From: Octopus bimaculoides | Taxonomy: Eukaryota | NCBI RefSeq assembly: GCF_001194135.2 | Contig: NC_068981.1 | Span: 104,475,384 to 104,539,383, forward strand | Direction of reading: 5' to 3' | DNA: 64,000 nucleotides | Shown here: positions 1-10,850 of the stretch, one piece after another | How positions within the stretch are numbered: the stretch's first letter is position 1 | Layout of the letters: every line of letters starts with the position of its first letter | Position numbers and translations under genes: made by a program | The notes under the pieces: generated by a model | Seen by the model: only the letters and a program-made list of their open reading frames with translations | The model's database searches: none | Told to the model about the DNA's origin: nothing

Positions 1-59
1 TGTGTTCTTGAACAAAACACTTCAATTTTTTTATGGCCAGGTTCCAACCCAAATCATAG

Positions 60-330
60 CAACAAAATCCACCTGCCACTCTTCCTAGTCCACCATCACT
101 GCTTTGAGGTCCTGGATACATTCCAGGTCAATGTCTGCAATCAAGTTGTCTATGTATGTGTGACAACATTTTCCTCTTCTTCCACTACAGGGTGGTGCAC
201 GCAATGACCAAACAGTTGCAGTCGTCATTGCTTGATTTTCTCGTTAACTTTTGGCAGGTCTCTATAAAGGAATTTGTTTGTCATATGTTGTCATATGCCA
301 ACATATGTTCCTGCTGAAAGGCCAAAATGG
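60..330 (-). mobile_element. Degenerate RTE-type LINE, ORF2 C-terminal fragment
   Basis: Minus-strand translation gives LYRDLPKVNEKIKQ*RLQLFGHCVHHP and TYIDNLIADIDLECIQDLKAVMVD*EEW, matching the C-terminus of RTE-type RT ORFs; contains stops and frameshifts. Confidence 0.7.
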
Positions 331-762
331 TGTGGTTTAATTTCATGTTGCTCCCATCTACTCAGCTGCAAAATGAATAACCCTGCAAAGGACTGGTGTC
401 TCATTCAAGGAAAATGTCATGGTCTTGCTCATTTATATATTGCTATGGAAACTGAGTAACTGGCTCTTTGAATCCTAGGACTCAAAACAGCACTTTACAT
501 TTTTTTCTAATAACCATATTTGTGAAATAATATTTTCTAGTGAATTATGCATTATTAGAATGACAGTCTATATTTAATGACATCAAAAGGGGCCAACAGA
601 AAAATCACAGGTGATACAGGGTAATGAAAATATAATGCTAGGTTTTTACTATAGTTTGACATCTCCTTCACTAAGTGCCATAAAATAGTTTGCCCTTGTG
701 ATTAGGTTTCACTATTGAGAGAAACTGAAACTCATTGTAATTCCCTTCTCTATCTCCTTTAA

Positions 763-984
763 CCCTTTTGATACCAATCCACCCATGACTGCCCCTGCTT
801 TTTTGACACAAGCTTTCTATATAAAGTCATCTGAATTAAAATTTCCCATTAAAATTCCATGATAATTTATGCTACCATTAGCAGCTTAGTAATGACCAAG
901 ATATTTTAGTAAATTCTTTATTATTTTCAAAATTAATTGAAATAAAGAGGGTGTAGAGTCAATAGAAATATTGTAACAAAAGGG
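763..984. mobile_element. piggyBac-type MITE, family A
   Basis: TTAA at 759-762 and 985-988; inverted ends CCCTTTTGATAC / GTAACAAAAGGG; related copies near 18460-18690 and 45076-45855. Confidence 0.75.
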
Positions 985-1889
985 TTAAGCTAATGTTAGA
1001 AATCAAATCATTTTCAAATTGCATAAATGTCACACCTCATTTCCTGTACTGACAAATCCATGGTTTTCTTTCAATAGATAATAGGACTATAGTTGCTGTT
1101 TAGCCCCAGGTCATCCCTGATCAAGCACATTTATGATCAAAGCAGTTCTCTTAATTTTAGAGGTGACCAATCTTTGATTATAACAAACCACTTTCACTCA
1201 AGTCCATTTATTTGTTCAGTAGCAGTGGAATCTTTTTTTTTTTTTTTCATATAGAAGTTACGCTGCAGCCAGCTTGCTTATTATACAGGATATTTGGCAT
1301 AACTAGTTTGATATTCTCCAATTTTATAGGCTCATAACTTTATAAATAAGACATATTTTTAATGAAATTTTGCCAAGATACATTTTTTAAGTTGTAGATA
1401 ACAACTATGAATTTGAAATAAAAAAAAAAAACAAAACATATTTTTGACTTTTTCTTTTTTTCTCAGAAAGAAAACATTTCCTGACCTTTTTATCCATTCA
1501 ATAACTTGCCCATGATCATGGTACAACATAAAAAAATCAATGACATTATCCTGCTAGATATTATTCATTATCAACAAGACAGGGAATAAAATTTCAGTAA
1601 ATATTGTCCAGTTCAATTGTAGCAGAGTAAAACTCGAGTTACTGTTTTTTTTTTATCATGTGTTCCAATTACATCTTTGATCTTTTACTCGTTTTATTTG
1701 AACTGAGGCCTTTCTGGGATACTGCCTTGAAGTGTTTTAGTCAAATAAATTAACCCCAGTATTTATTTGTTTTTAACCCTTATGAAAGAGATGACAAAGG
1801 ACCAAGATATGTGGTCCTCTGTCTGTACTTGAGAAGACCCACCCACCACAACAAAATTGAGATCCAAGAAAACCAAGGTGCCATGAAAA

Positions 1890-2130
1890 AGCATTGGTGT
1901 GGGTGCTGGTGCCATGTAAAAAGCACTGGTGCTGATGGTTTCACATAAAAAACACCCAGTACACTTTGTAGAATGGTGGGCATTAGGAAGGGCATCCAGC
2001 TACCGAAACCAAGCCAAAACATACTATGGAACCTGGTGCAGCCCCTAGCCTTGCCAATGCCTGTCAAGCCATCCAACCCATGTCAGCATGGAAAATGGAT
2101 GTTAAATGATGATGAGAATGATGATGGTGG
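1890..2130 (+). mobile_element. Short 5'-truncated copy of the RTE 3' tail
   Basis: TTAGGAAGGGCATCCAGC...CCAACCCATG.CAGCATGGAAA...(GAT)n tail, shared with the 3' end of the RTE at 7436-9305. Confidence 0.8.
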
Positions 2131-2274
2131 TGATGATTTATTTTTAAGCCTGGTACTTATTCAATCAGTCTCTTTTAATAAACCACTAAAATATTGGGAG
2201 AGACAAACTAACACTGGTTGTCAAGCAGTGGTGGAAGACAAATATAAACACAAAGACACACACATGTGTGTGTG

Positions 2275-2372
<98 letters not shown>

Positions 2373-2580
2373 AGGTCCGTTCCTGTTCAGCTATTTTAGC
2401 CTCTTTCATCTTTCCTAGACATATGGGATGAGCTTTCAGTTTTCATGTACCAAACCCCCATTCATGAAGCTTTGGGTTAACCTAGGGCATGAGAAGACAC
2501 TTGCTCCTGGTGCAAAGCAGTAGGACAGAACCTGGAACTGTGAGACTGGAAAGCAAACTTGTCACCACACAGCCATGCTT
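2130..2580 (-). mobile_element. tRNA-derived SINE family S2 with central (GT)n
   Basis: Reverse complement matches the S2 head (GGCTGTGTGG..AAG.TTGCTTTCC..GGTTC) and tail (GACTGAATAAGTACCAGGC); (TG)n at ~2263-2368. Confidence 0.75.
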
Positions 2581-2959
2581 GCACATTAACAATGAATAAT
2601 ATTAATCAAGATAACACTATAAATTTTGTTTATGCTGTATGGTGGTTACGAGAGCAGTCTTTTTGATATTAGTATCACATCTGTGAAATGACATCTACCA
2701 TGTGTGACAGTAGAGGGAAGCACAAAGCTGGCAGCTTAGCCAGATATCTTGATATGCAATTAGGAAATATATTTATTGTATATTTTTGTCTGCTATTACT
2801 GGGCAAGATGGGAACTTGTAATGGGGTTTAGAGTGATTGTTTTTGTTCATTGTTGTGGATTTGACTGTGATTTTATTGTTGAAAATTTCACTGTGCTTTA
2901 ACAATTGAATAAGGCACTTTTTGTTGTCTTATATTCAGATTGTATGTGTGTGTGTGTGT

Positions 2960-3095
2960 GTGTGTGTGTGGTAAGAAGTTTACTTCTCAGCCACATGGTT
3001 CCGGGTTCAGTTGCACTACATAGTACTTTGGGCAAGTACCTTCCACTATAGCCCAAGACTGACCAAAGCCTTGTGAGCAGATTTAGTAGTCAGAA
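2960..3095 (+). mobile_element. SINE S2 head
   Basis: GTGTGGTAAGAAGTTTACTTCTCAGCCACATGGTTCCGGGTTCAG...TTGGGCAAGT...GACCAAAGCCTTGTGAG with A/B-box-like motifs. Confidence 0.8.
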
Positions 3096-3113
3096 AATAG
3101 AATATAATATTAT

Positions 3114-3161
<48 letters not shown>

Positions 3162-4644
3162 AAGAGAGTTTGTGTGTGTGTATATATGTTCCTTATGGAT
3201 TCGAAAACTGATTGGCCAATTTTGATGTATGAGGAATCAAAAGATTCAGTAATCTTTCGGTTACCAAATAAATTGTTTTGGGCACAACAACTCTTTATCA
3301 CTACTAAAATAACCTTGGAAACATGATCAGGTCGCACAATTTTGAGGTCATTTTCGGACAATATTTCAATTTGCTTCACTTTCATCCGATGTTTCATGCA
3401 TGCATAGAATTCTACTCAGACAAACATTTATGAAAATGTACACATAAATATTGTTAAAATACACCACAACCAAAAACATTTCATTGAAAAACATCCATTT
3501 ATCTACATGGTATAAGGAAATACAATCACTCACTCTTACATGCACACATACACATAAAAAAGATGTATGCATACATATTTATGTACATGTATATGAAAGA
3601 TGTGTGCTCATATGAAAGCGAGAGAGAGAGAGAACGAGTGAGTGCCACTTACACATATATACAAAATAATGCATACATGACAACACACACCTTCACTCAC
3701 TCACTCTCACTCTGTCCCATGCACACACACACACACATCCATTTCATATACACGAACATGCATCTTTCACTTTCTGCTCTCACTTCAAAGCAAATGTTGC
3801 CTTTTCACTTTCTCCTCTCTTTCAATTTCTACTCCCTTCAAAGCATAAGGAAATAAAAAATTTTTATGGAAATTAACAAACAATTATATGATCCCATATG
3901 ATTGACCATATGATGAAGATGACAATGTTGCTGCTTCAAACGAAAGAATGCCATAAAATAACTTCCTTTGGCACACACACTCTAGGTAAAACTTCTATAT
4001 GAATTATGCTATTTCTTGCTGTGTGCACAAAATTACAGCTCAAATCCAATTGAAATGACCACTTTCTATTCTGTAATTCATGTTTGTGATGAGCATATTT
4101 AAAAACCTGATCTTCAAATATAAACTTAAAAGGAAGTTTTCCCAGAAATCTTTTAGTAATCCACGAAGAAAAAACTGAGAGTACAAATCTTTAAGAATTT
4201 ATTCCTTCCTTTTTTCTTAAAGAAACACTAAAATCTCCTTCCCAAACATCCACCCATCACTTCACCACTTTCAAAAGGCTACAAACTCCCAATGTTTCAC
4301 TTTTAGCTTTTTGGAAAGCGGAGAAGTTTCTTCAGAAATAATGTCATTTACTTGTTGTTTCTAGCACATCANNNNNNNNNNNNNNNNNNNNNNNNNNNNN
4401 NNNNNNNNNNNNNNNNNNNNNNNNNNNNNNNNNNNNNNNNNNNNACTTAAAAAAAATATATATTTCTCAGATTTGTAATCTTTGTATTTTTCTACGTGGA
4501 TTAAAAAAAAAAAATCAGAAAGAAGTTACAAATTAAGAAATTGCCGTGGGGACAGGGGAAATTTAAATTTTGAAAATGTGATTTCTGGGCAAAATTGTAT
4601 TGACCCATCTTTTATACAATGAAACAATACATAGTCTGTGATCC

Positions 4645-4773
4645 CTAAGAACAGAAAGCACGTTCATGCAAACCCATGCAAATTGTACCTTCACCCACTT
4701 CACTTTTAAACAAACAATAACTTCCATTATGCCAGTAATCCAGTTCACTATATATCAGCTGTGCCGATTCTGC
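4645..4773 (-). CDS. Putative last coding exon of unknown minus-strand gene (AESAQLIYSELDYWHNGSYCLFKSEVGEGTICMGLHERAFCS*)
   Basis: Strong acceptor TGTTTGTTCCTTTCTTATAG|G; only long open frame; phase matches exon 5176-5242; TAG at 4645-4647. An internal donor GAAG|GTACAA at 4689 is an alternative. Confidence 0.55.
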   Translation of the reverse strand, partial: AESAQLIYSELDYWHNGSYCLFKSEVGEGTICMGLHERAFCS

Positions 4774-5175
4774 CTATAAGAAAGGAACAAACAATACAAT
4801 GTGGCTATAGTTCATAACAACCGGGCAACACCAAGATGCATTACTATTTTGTGTGTGTGTGTATTTACATATATATATATATATAAATATCTACAAAACA
4901 TTTCACTTAATTTTTTTTCTCCAATTCAATTGCTTTTCTTATTTTACTCTTAGTTGGAAAAAGTCTAAAAAGATGGAAACCGGTACTAAAATGTACTTCA
5001 TGATAAAATTATTTCAGCATTTTCTACCTTGTCTTATTTTCCTTATACATATCAACTCGTGTGTTACTTTTCTACCTTCTACATATATATATGTGTGTAT
5101 GTGTGTGTGTGTGTGAGTTTTTGTCAACTGACATAAAGTAATAGATATGTAGTATGAATGCTTTGTTAGGTTTAC

Positions 5176-5242
5176 CACTAAAACTCTGTCTTGAACTACA
5201 GCTGAAAGGTGTAGTGTTGAGACTGACCATCGGAGCTTTTTC
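5176..5242 (-). CDS. Putative internal exon (KKLRWSVSTLHLSAVVQDRVLV)
   Basis: Acceptor CTATATCTACCTGTTCAAG|G, donor GTG|GTAAAC; 67 nt; phase 2 in and phase 0 out, fitting both neighbouring exons. Confidence 0.55.
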
Positions 5243-5424
5243 CTTGAACAGGTAGATATAGATTAAAGTAAAAATGAAAAAGCAAAACGTTTGGCATCAC
5301 TCAAATAGGACATTTAATTCAGATAGCAAATATAAACACACACACACATATACATTACCCCAGCCCTTATCTGTTAGGACGTACAAGCACTTTCACTCAC
5401 ACACAGCAGGAACTTCCATTCAGG

Positions 5425-5904
5425 TGCAGGCAGGTTATGTAGTAAGAAGTTTGCTTCCTAATCACATCGTTCCGGCTTCCGTTTCACTGCATAGCACTTT
5501 GGACAAGAGTCAGTGAAAGTAAAGAATACGCACACCCAGAGGTTAGGGTTAGGGTTTTTGTTATGCCGAAAACGGGCGGTGTATGTATTCTTTACCTCCG
5601 CCCAAAAGTCTTCTATTACAGCCTTGGGCCGACCAAAGCCTTGTGAGTTCGATTTAGTGGACAGAAACTGAAATAAGCCCGTCGTATGTATACCTATTTA
5701 TGTATCTTTGTATCTGTGCCTGTTCCCCATCACCGCTTGACAACCTGTATTGGTGTGTTTAAGCGCCTCTAACATAGCGGTTCGGCAAAATAGACCGATA
5801 GAATATATACCAGGCTTTAAAAAATATAAGTACTGCGGTCAATTTATTCCATCCCCAAATCCTTCAAGGCAGTGTCTCAGCATGGCCATAGTCTAAACAA
5901 AAGA

Positions 5905-5905
<1 letters not shown>
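5425..5905 (+). mobile_element. Near full-length SINE S2 interrupted by a 91-bp insertion
   Basis: Head GCAGG..ATGTAGTAAGAAGTTTGCTTCC, body AAAGCCTTGTGAG, tail GCAGTGTCTCAGCATGGCC; consensus broken at 5512-5602. Confidence 0.8.
5512..5602. mobile_element. Mini inverted-repeat element enclosing telomere-type repeats
   Basis: Inverted repeats GTAAAGAATACGCACACC (5519-5536) / GGTGTATGTATTCTTTAC (5578-5595); GGTTAGGGTTAGGGTT at 5541-5556; flanking 8-bp near-duplicate CAAGAGTC / CAAAAGTC. Confidence 0.65.
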
Positions 5906-5940
<35 letters not shown>

Positions 5941-6611
5941 TCACCGCTTCAAAACCGGTGTTGTTTTGTTTATGTCAATGTAAATTAGCGGTTCGGCAAA
6001 AACACCGATTAGAATAAGTACCAAGCTTAGAAAGGTCGATTTATTCGACTAAACCCTTCAAGGTGGTGCCCCAGCAAGGCTGCAGTCAAATGACTGAAAC
6101 AATTAAAAGTGAAAAGATTCGGTCAGTCTTATTTTGACATGTGATGTAACAACAGAAGCACGCAAATCTTTTATAAACAACAAACGTTAAAGTGCACATG
6201 ACAGAATGCCAGAGTGTTTCTAAACTGAGTACCTCAGAAAGTTGCACCAGATTATTATAAAAAATTCATAAGAAATGACGTTAACATTTTAGGGTTTGCT
6301 ATCTGTTTGATACAACTAAATCTCTTGTTACTATTTATTTACTCCCTCACTGACGTTATTAAATTAGGTTGGTTACAGGTTAGAAATAGATTTGAACGCT
6401 CATACATATTTCGCACTACCGGTTACTGCATCTGTGTCAAATCAAATTTTTGCTATTTCATCTTACAATTTTTTCATGAAGTAATGAACATTTCATTTGC
6501 AAAATATTGATGAATAAATCCAATATAACAGTTAAAAAAAACTCATTAGAATAACAATTAAAATATTTTAGAATTCTGCAACATGACAAGTCCGACAGGT
6601 GTTTATAATAA

Positions 6612-6816
6612 TGGTTATAAATTTGCCAGAAGGGCAACCGTTTTGAGGGCGGAGATAGTCGATTCCATCGACCCAGTGTTCAACTGGTACTTATTTTATC
6701 GACCCCGAAAGGATGAAAAGCAAAGTCGACCAAGGCGGAATTTCAACTCAGAACGTAGCGGCAGACGAAATGCCGCTAAGTATTTCGCCAGGTGTGCTAA
6801 CCATTCTGCCAGCTCT
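6612..6816 (-). mobile_element. tRNA-derived SINE family S1
   Basis: Reverse complement GAGCTGGCAGAATGGTTAGCAC...GTTCTGAGTTGAAATTCCGCC..GTCGACTTTGC.TTTCATCCTTTCGGGGTCGATAAAATAAGTACC; further copies near 11180-11372(-), 14188-14385(-), 30063-30275(+), 31864-32100(+), 35830-36048(-), 37188-37392(+), 38455-38660(+), 61428-61640(+). Confidence 0.85.
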
Positions 6817-6907
6817 AAGAAATAAAACAAGGAGACGAGTCGTAAAGTTGAAAACGAGAAATTAATATAAAGTAACAAATCAGTGAACAAAATAACAGAC
6901 AACTTAC

Positions 6908-7028
6908 ATTTTGATTTCCTTAGTAAACGTGAATAAATTTCCCTTGAAACGTCTAGTTGTCACTACTTGGTTGTGCTTTAGAGATGTAGTGGTCGTGCTT
7001 TTGATATTATGTAATGTGACTGTTTGAC
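6908..7028 (-). CDS. Putative internal exon (QTVTLHNIKSTTTTSLKHNQVVTTRRFKGNLFTFTKEIK)
   Basis: Strong acceptor GTGTTTTCCTTCTTGTGGCAG|G and canonical donor AAT|GTAAGT; 121 nt; single open frame; phase-2 end joins 5176-5242 through an ATG codon. Confidence 0.62.
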
Positions 7029-7435
7029 CTGCCACAAGAAGGAAAACACGATTACTTATAGCCCGAGGAGAAAGAAGGGAGGTAACTCTCAGAGTTTTAC
7101 GGGAGATAAATCTTATGAACATTTCTGTTAGAACGCCCAGTGGTAACTGGAAAGGGGCACATTGTTGTCATGTTTTGTCCTTGTGTTAGAGGCTAATACA
7201 TTTGTTTATTACTCTTTTATCTATCGGTAAATTATATTTTCAACATATAGTTTAACACCCGGTCACAAAGACACAAAACTAAGGTCTAATAGGCATAAAA
7301 AATGTGTAGAAAACGAATATCAAAACAAAAATTTGCGCAAACGAACGGGGAGTGGGGAGAGGACTTTCAGAAAATTCACACGCTCCAATTTTCCCTCATA
7401 GCTTTCAGGAAAATGGATATATATTAATGAAATTT

Positions 7436-9305
7436 TGAGGAAACTAGGGAAAGATGAATGGTTAGTGAGAGCTGTGCAAGCCATGTACAGGGATGCTGTC
7501 AGTAAGGTGAGGGTTGGCAACGAGTACAGTCAAGAATTAGAAGTAGGTGTAGGGGTCCACCAAGGATCAGTCCTCTGCCCCTCTTATTCATCATAGTCCT
7601 CCAGCAATAACAGAGAAATTCAAGACAGGATGCTACTGGGAGCTCCTCTATGCTGATGACCTTGCTCTAATTGCTGAGTCACTATTAGAACTAGAGGAGA
7701 AGTTTCAGGTGTGGAAGCAAGGATTGGAATCGAAGGGCCTTAGAGTCAACCTAGCTAAAACCAAAGTCTTAATAAGTAGGAAGGCAGACAAACCACAAAT
7801 CCCTTCAGGTAGATGGCCCTGCTCGATCTGTAGAAAAGGCATAGGTAGAAACTGCATAAGATGTACCTAGTGTAAGCTATGGACACATAAGAGGTGCAGC
7901 AATATCAAAGGGAGGCTAACTGGGGAGATAGGCTTTGTATGTGGCAAATGCTCAGGTGCTATAAACACTGAAAATGTGCAGAAAACAGCTTCTGTTACAT
8001 TCCCGGGAAAAAAACTAGAAGTAGTTGATAGCTTCCGTTACAATGCTCTGAAGGTGTAGCTGCTAGAATAAGAATAACCTGGGAAAAGTTCAGAGACCTC
8101 CTACCTCTGCTGGTGACAAAAGAGTAAAAGGTAGACTGTATGACGCATGTGTACGAACTGCCATGCTACATGGCAGTGAAACATGGGCTGTGACTGCTGA
8201 GGACATGCATTAGCTTGCAAGGAATGAAGCCAGTATGCTCCGCTGGATGTGTAATGTCAGTGTGCATGCACAACAGAGTGTAAGCGCCCTGAGAGAAAAG
8301 TTGTATTTAAGAAGCATCAGATGTAGTGTACAAGAGAGACGATTGTGCTGGTATGGCTGTGTTGCGAATGATTGAGGCCAGCTGTGTGAAAAAGTGTCAC
8401 ACTAGCAGTTGAGGGAACCTGTGGAAGAGGAAGACCTGGGATGAGGTGGTGAAGCACGACCTTCAAACACTGGGCCTCACCGAAGCAATGACTAGTGACC
8501 GAGACCTTTGGAGATATGCTGTACTTGAGAAGACCCAACAAGTCAAGTGAGATGATGGCCCATGACCTATGCCAGTGGGTGCAACCAGCCCACTTATGAA
8601 TAAACTTTGCTTGCAAAGACCTATTGAGGCAAGTGTAAACAAAAATCAAAATCGCTGACGTGGCTAATGACAGTACCGCCTAATTGGCACTCATGTGAGT
8701 GGAATGTTAAAAGCACATCTGAACATAGGGTGTTACTGGCCCACTGATGAGTATCCCTCATTCATTGGACAATAAACTTTGCTTGTGAAGATCTATTGAG
8801 GCAAATGTAAACAAATCAAAATCACTGATGTAGCCGATGACAGTACCGCCTGATTGGCACTCGTGCCGGTGGAACGTTAAAAGCACATCCAAGCATTATC
8901 GTTGCCAGGGCCAGGGATTGGCTCCCATGCCAGTGACATATGAAAAGCACCATTCAAGTGTGACTGTTGCCAGCATCGCCTTATCGGCACATGTGCTGGT
9001 GGCATGTGAAAAGCAACATTCGAGCGTGGTCGTTGCCAATGCCACCAGACTGGCTCCTGTGCAGGTAGCACGTAAAAACACCTTTGAACGTAGTCATTAC
9101 CAGAACCACCTGACTGGCCCTTGTGCCAGTGGCACGTAAAAGCACCCACTACACTCTCGGAGTGGTTGGTTTCAGGAAGGGAATCCAGCTGTAGAAACTT
9201 TGTCAGATCAGATTGAGCCTGGTGCAGCCTCTGGCTCACCAGTCTTCAGTCAAACCGTCCAACTCATGCCAGCATGGAAAGCAGACGTTAAAAGATGATG
9301 ATGAT
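7436..9305 (+). mobile_element. 5'-truncated RTE-type LINE (RT, PHD insert, 3'UTR, (GAT)n tail), pseudogenised
   Basis: Encodes RKLG..EWLVRAVQAMY, GVHQGSVL, LYADDL, SKGLRVNLAKTKVL, LEVVDSFRY, AMLHGSETWAVT; stops and frameshifts; ~172-bp tandem duplication in the 3'UTR (8599-8893). Confidence 0.92.
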
Positions 9306-9352
9306 ATATGTGCAGATGTATGTACACATATATACATGCATACATACATACA

Positions 9353-9410
<58 letters not shown>

Positions 9411-9429
9411 TGTATGTATGTATGTATGT

Positions 9430-9738
9430 ATGCATGTATATATGTGATACAATAGTGAAAGTATTAAGCTGAAAGAATTATCTCACATAACAATAGCAAT
9501 GTTAATGTTTCACTTTTGACATGTAATACTGAAATAGTGTAAGAGGTAAGAGATTGCTCCGGGCTCGCATTAGGCAAGAAGTTGAAAATTTGTTTGTCCC
9601 ATGACACTGCATGTGTTAAATTTGAATGAAATCCATTGGGTAGTTCTTGAGTTTTAGTGATGCACACTTACAGACACACACACAGACAAACAGACCGACA
9701 GACAGACACACAAACATTCTCAATTTTACATATATAGA
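9430..9738 (-). mobile_element. Non-autonomous Helitron-like element, 5' end
   Basis: Reverse complement starts A|TCTATATATGTAAAATTGAGAATG (5'-TC after A); internal GACA-type microsatellite; similar to 26731-27027. Confidence 0.6.
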
Positions 9739-9744
9739 TTTGTG

Positions 9745-10850
9745 GGGGATATATTTTCCAAAGGGGTGGGAAAAGGAGTTTCAGAAAATTCATACGATCT
9801 GATTTCTTCCCTCATAGCTTTCAGGAAAATGGACATCTTTTAATGAAAGTTTATATAAATACATTTCAAATGGCATAGATTACGATTATAAAGAAATTTG
9901 CAAGGAAACTTTTTTCCAAGGGTGGGGTGAGGAGTTTTGAAAAAACAGAGTTTCGGATAAGGATGACCACGTAAGTTTATTTTTTTGCCAAAAGTAATCA
10001 ATTTTAGCCAATTTTTTGCAATTAAAAACAATGGGAGGAGCCTTTTCGGTAAAAGAAAAAGAAAGAATTAATATTTTCAGAGGTAAAAGTGTGATTTAAG
10101 CGGGATTTGGCTGTCACTTTTAGCACATCCCAAGACAACCCTCCTTGTTTCTTCACTCTTGCATGTATTGATGTTTTTCAATATTTTTTCTCTCCATTAA
10201 CATATTTATGCTATTGAAAAAAAAAATTTGAAAATTTTTGATTTTTTTTTCAATCCCACTCCTCACCCCTGATTGTTTCTGTTTATAATTTCAGCTCATT
10301 TTTGAGGTCATTTCTGGCATTTATCCACAGTGATTTTTAAAAAATAATTATGTAAATGATAATTAATTTTAGATAGCATAATTTTCTGTTAGAAAATGTT
10401 TTTGTCTTACATACACATGGCCTTGCTTAATTAAGGTGGGGGTAAAAATTTTAATTACCATTTTTTTGTTGATGCTTATATCCCACCAATGGAGCATGCA
10501 TGTGGTCCATTGGTATCATCATTAAGGGGGGAGGGGAATAAAAGAATCCTAAATTTTCCAAACCGATTTTTCATAAAAAGATGCTCTCCATCATTTTGAA
10601 GGCTGTGGTAAAAAACAATTGGAAAAATCGCTATTAAAATGGTGAAATTCCAACTTATGTGGTCATCTTGATCTGAAACTCCTCTTCCCACTCCCCACAC
10701 ATTTTCTTTATAATTGTAATCTATGCCATTTGAAAAGTATTTGTATAAACTTTCATGAAAAGATACCCATTTTACTGAAAGTTATGAGGGAAAAAATTAG
10801 ATCGTATGAATTTTCCCAAAATCCTCTCCCCACCTCTTCGGCAAAAAATC
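9745..10850. repeat. Foldback element with ~230-bp imperfect inverted arms
   Basis: 9745-9980 (GAAAATTCATACGATCT...TTCAAATGGCATAGATTAC...GATGACCACGTAAG) is the reverse complement of ~10640-10850; a partial third copy lies at 7345-7435. Confidence 0.75.

Noticed and set aside
6908-7028. Faint resemblance of the orphan peptide to Gemin7 (GQTVTLH; VS.L....VQ)
   Set aside because: Too few identities and the wrong spacing; no gene symbol assigned.
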